Made by a program: the position numbers and the translations under genes
In this document: positions 61,095-64,000 of the stretch, piece after piece
Layout of the letters: every line of letters begins with the position of its first letter
Position numbering within the stretch: the stretch's first letter is position 1
Notes under the pieces: model-generated
Seen by the model: only the letters and a program-made list of their open reading frames with translations
The model's database searches: none
Told to the model about the DNA's origin: nothing
Assembly: GCA_039798785.1 (NCBI GenBank)
Contig: JBDKFG010000014.1
Location: forward strand, 15,372 to 79,371
Reading direction: 5' to 3'
Source: Verrucomicrobiota bacterium
Lineage (GTDB): Bacteria > Verrucomicrobiota > Lentisphaeria > Lentisphaerales > Lentisphaeraceae
DNA: 64,000 nt

Positions 61095-61322
61095 GACAAC
61101 AATGGAGACCGCCTACGGTCAAAGGAAATGTCTTCTGAAAGGACCGGCAAGACAGGAATGGATCAAGTTGAACTGACTCCGCTCAAGAAGCTGCTGACTT
61201 TCCTGCGTCAGAAGCGCCCCATTCCAAATCCGTGTTTGCGCAAGCCGCAAGCGACGGCAAGTTCTCGACTGAGCTTTGAGCTCTTCATCTTGGAACTTTA
61301 AACTTTAAACTGTGCCGCGCCC

Positions 61323-62858
61323 ATGCCCGTCTTCCAAAACCTCTCCCTGCCCCTCGGCGCTGATCTCGACGCCGCAGTGCGCCGTCTCGACCCCTCCTGC
61401 CGCTCCTGGCGCCTGCTGCGCTCCAGCCTCGACGCCCGCAAGAAGGGCAAGATCCTCCAGGTCTACACCGTCGAGACCTTCGCCAGCGCCGTGCCGCCGC
61501 CGCAGGAGGAGATCGTCCTGCCCAGGCTGCAAGGCAAGGTGCCGACGGTCGGGGTCATCGGCGCCGGCCCGGCCGGACTCTTCGCCGCGCTGCGCCTGCG
61601 CGAACGCGGCATCAACTGCTTCCTCCTCGAGCGCGGCCGCCCGATCCTGCAACGCATGCGCGACATCTCGAAACACTGGAAGACCGGCGACGTCCACCCC
61701 GACTCCAACGTCTGCTTCGGCGAAGGCGGCGCCGGCACCTTCTCCGACGGCAAGCTGATCACCCGCATCCGCTCCGAGCACATCCCCTGGGTGATGCGCC
61801 GCTTCGTCACCTTCGGCGCCCCCGAAGAGATCCTCTGGCTCGCCAACCCGCACGTCGGCTCGAACCGCATCCGCAAGGTGATCGCCGCCATCGCCGCCTG
61901 GCTCGAGACCAACGAATGCCCGGTGCACTACGACGCCCGCGCCGAGGACTTCACCTTCAGCCAGAATGCGCTCGAAAAGGTCCGCTGCGCCGACGGACGC
62001 GAATTCGCCGCCGACGCCTGGATCCTCGCCACCGGCCACTCGGCGCACGACATCTACGCCCAGATGCTCGCCAAGGGCGTGCCGATGGAGGCCAAATCGA
62101 TGGCGATGGGCTTCCGCGTCGAACACCCGCAGGCCTGGCTCAACCAGCGCCAATACGGGCCGCAATGGGAACACCCCGAGCTGCCCGCCGCCAACTACCG
62201 CCTCGCCGAACACGACCACGGCGAGAACCGCGGCGTCTACTCCTTCTGCATGTGCCCCGGCGGCTACGTCCTCGCCTCCACCGCCCAGCAGGGCCGCATG
62301 GTGGTCAACGGCATGAGCAACTACGGCCACGGCTCGCCCTTCGCCAACTCCGGCATCGTCGTCAGCATCGACAAGGACCGCTGGCTCGGCAACGACCCGA
62401 TGAAGGCCCTCGCCTTCCAGGAGAAGATCGAGCGCGCCACCCAGGCGCTCGCCCAGGGCGCCGGCGCCAAGCAGCAGGTGCCCGCCCAGATGCTGCGCGA
62501 CTTCCTCAAGAACCGCGGCGGCGCCATCACCAGCCGCAGCTCCTGTCCCTCCGGCGTCGTCCCGGTCAACATGCGCGGTCTCTACCCGAAAGAACTCGAA
62601 ACCGCCTTCTGCGAGGCGATGGAGGACTTCGACCGCAAGCTCCCCGGCTTCACCGGCGAACACGCGGTGCTGCACGGCGTCGAGTCGCGCACCTCCTCCC
62701 CGGTGCGCATCGTCCGCGACGAGACGAGCCTGGCCTCGCCGCGTTTCCCCAACCTCTACCCCGCCGGCGAAGGCGCCGGTTACGCCGGCGGCATCACCTC
62801 CGCCGCAGTCGACGGGGTCAAGCTGGTCGAGGCGATTGTCGAGAAGTGGGGGAAGTAA
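61323..62858 (+). CDS. FAD/NAD(P)-dependent oxidoreductase (COG2509-like)
   Basis: VIGAGPAGLFAA, SNVCFGEGGAGTFSDGKL, ATGHSA, YSFCMCPGG, ESRTSSPVRI, AGEGAGYAGGITSAAVDG. Confidence 0.92.
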   Translation: MPVFQNLSLPLGADLDAAVRRLDPSCRSWRLLRSSLDARKKGKILQVYTVETFASAVPPPQEEIVLPRLQGKVPTVGVIGAGPAGLFAALRLRERGINCFLLERGRPILQRMRDISKHWKTGDVHPDSNVCFGEGGAGTFSDGKLITRIRSEHIPWVMRRFVTFGAPEEILWLANPHVGSNRIRKVIAAIAAWLETNECPVHYDARAEDFTFSQNALEKVRCADGREFAADAWILATGHSAHDIYAQMLAKGVPMEAKSMAMGFRVEHPQAWLNQRQYGPQWEHPELPAANYRLAEHDHGENRGVYSFCMCPGGYVLASTAQQGRMVVNGMSNYGHGSPFANSGIVVSIDKDRWLGNDPMKALAFQEKIERATQALAQGAGAKQQVPAQMLRDFLKNRGGAITSRSSCPSGVVPVNMRGLYPKELETAFCEAMEDFDRKLPGFTGEHAVLHGVESRTSSPVRIVRDETSLASPRFPNLYPAGEGAGYAGGITSAAVDGVKLVEAIVEKWGK

Positions 62859-62873
62859 GGAATCACCTTCCCC

Positions 62874-62971
62874 GGTAGCGCCGGCTGCCAGCCGGTCCCG
62901 CGTTCCGGGTTTTGACGCCCATCTTAACGATTTCACAAAGCGCCAACCGGCTGGCAGCCGGCGCTCCCAGG
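62874..62971. repeat. REPIN-like inverted REP doublet
   Basis: AGCGCCGGCTGCCAGCCGGT (62877-62896) and its perfect inverse (62946-62965); outer ends GTAG/GGAG. Confidence 0.85.
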
Positions 62972-62981
62972 AGAACATCAG

Positions 62982-63485
62982 ATGAATGATCCCATCGCCA
63001 TCTACAGCTACCAACGCTTTGATAGCCAAGCCGAGTTCAGGCTTTACTCGGACCGATTGGAGACGGTGGCCAGCGATATTCTCGGCAATCGCCACGAAGC
63101 TCAGTTCCTCCTGGTCGATTTATATCCAGAGCCGGAGAGCAGTCGTCACTGGAATCCCTGGCATCGACGTGGTCTATTGTGCGCCTTTTTTGGCACCCTG
63201 ATCTGTGCGGAATCCCGGCAATTTCCCCTGGCTTGGCAAGGCCTGGTTTTCTGGGGAGCTCTTGGGGTGGCGCTGGCAGGTGCCGCCTGTTTTTTCGCCA
63301 ACTCGCGCTACGAGCATTGGCGGATGTTCCGGATGACTGATGGCCGCGTCCTTTGGATTTGTCTCGACCGCAAAAATCCCGAGGCTGGCGAGCTCTTCGT
63401 CAAGCACTTGAACGAGGCGATCCTGACGGCCCAGAAAACGCTACAAGGCGAGCAGCCGGATTGCTCCCAAGAGAGCACCTCATGA
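62982..63485 (+). CDS. Lower-GC hypothetical membrane protein
   Basis: AGGAG RBS overlapping the REP end; two central TM helices. Confidence 0.72.
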   Translation: MNDPIAIYSYQRFDSQAEFRLYSDRLETVASDILGNRHEAQFLLVDLYPEPESSRHWNPWHRRGLLCAFFGTLICAESRQFPLAWQGLVFWGALGVALAGAACFFANSRYEHWRMFRMTDGRVLWICLDRKNPEAGELFVKHLNEAILTAQKTLQGEQPDCSQESTS

Positions 63486-63565
63486 TCACCCCCATCGACG
63501 AGCCCGCCTTCCTCGCCTGGCTCGACGAGGTCATTGCCTGGGAGCCCCGCATGCCGATGCGGGCC
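63482..63565 (+). pseudogene. Truncated gene start (MITPIDEPAFLAWLDEVIAW) ending in a REP-like hairpin
   Basis: ATGA-coupled start with host codon usage for about 20 codons, then CCTGGGAG-C-CCCGCAT-gccg-ATGCGGG and a drop in GC. Confidence 0.45.
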
Positions 63566-63695
63566 ACCGTCGCTCACACACTCATCGTACCTCCCCAATT
63601 CTGCTCCGGACAGAAAACGCCGCCCGACCTTGAATCGGCCGACGAAAAGTCATACAGTGTCATTGCTACTCAATCCAAAATCTTTAGGAGTGCCC

Positions 63696-63899
63696 ATGCG
63701 TCGCCTGATACTCTCCCTGTCGATCTTGCTTGCGTCTTGCGCAAACTCGCCAGTCGATCCGAGCCTCTTTGGTCGAGACCAAGGAGATTCGACGAGTGCG
63801 GTGTTCGCACAAATCTGCACCATGAACAGGTCAGACAGAATAGCTCTTGTTGTCCCTGCCAAAATTTCGACCTGTATCACTCCGATTGAGGCTTCCTAG
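63696..63899 (+). CDS. Small lipoprotein or truncated lipoprotein gene
   Basis: AGGAG RBS; MRRLILSLSILLASC lipobox; early TAG. Confidence 0.45.
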   Translation: MRRLILSLSILLASCANSPVDPSLFGRDQGDSTSAVFAQICTMNRSDRIALVVPAKISTCITPIEAS

Positions 63900-64000
63900 C
63901 CTTCCCTGATACTTGAGACTTCTGCACCGTGGCCTCGACATCAGTGGCCGGTGGCGCTTCCTTGCGAATCATGACGATGACGTCGCGGGAATGAATCTCC

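Noticed and set aside
56540..61150. 1536-aa minus-strand ORF with (MGR)n repeat
   Set aside because: Mostly antisense to putA; only 56540-57037 has an RBS and coding-like usage
61173..61183. 11-bp inverted match (CTGACTCCGCT) to the leuS-associated repeat core
   Set aside because: Too short to distinguish from chance

Overview
GC-rich bacterial chromosomal segment, probably PVC superphylum (Lentisphaerae/Verrucomicrobia-like). This is an inference from the DUF1080, H-X9-DG-type, OleC-like and HEAT-like proteins. Most of the window is housekeeping or metabolic genes: LacI regulator, speA, stand-alone coaB, voltage-gated cation channel, ectoine-type aspartokinase, leuS, neuB/neuC, DEAD-box helicase, apaG, panD, rplU, rlmN, oleC-like ligase and putA. 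Notable parts: (1) a selenium cluster, with selD divergent from selU plus a PhnDCE-like ABC importer; (2) a triple SPFH operon followed by an apparently catalytically dead GH78-like protein; (3) a DUF805-FAD oxidase / methyltransferase / hypothetical operon behind a LysR-type operator; (4) a resolvase plus transposase relic near 1.3-2.8 kb; (5) a 224-bp MITE with IS1380-like ends and a 5-bp target duplication; (6) a recurring pattern of single orphan genes sitting just downstream of core genes and bracketed by short REP-like repeats, including a HEAT-Zn finger-PD-(D/E)xK nuclease gene after leuS. No rRNA, tRNA or CRISPR array was found. All family assignments come from motif recognition by eye, not from database searches.
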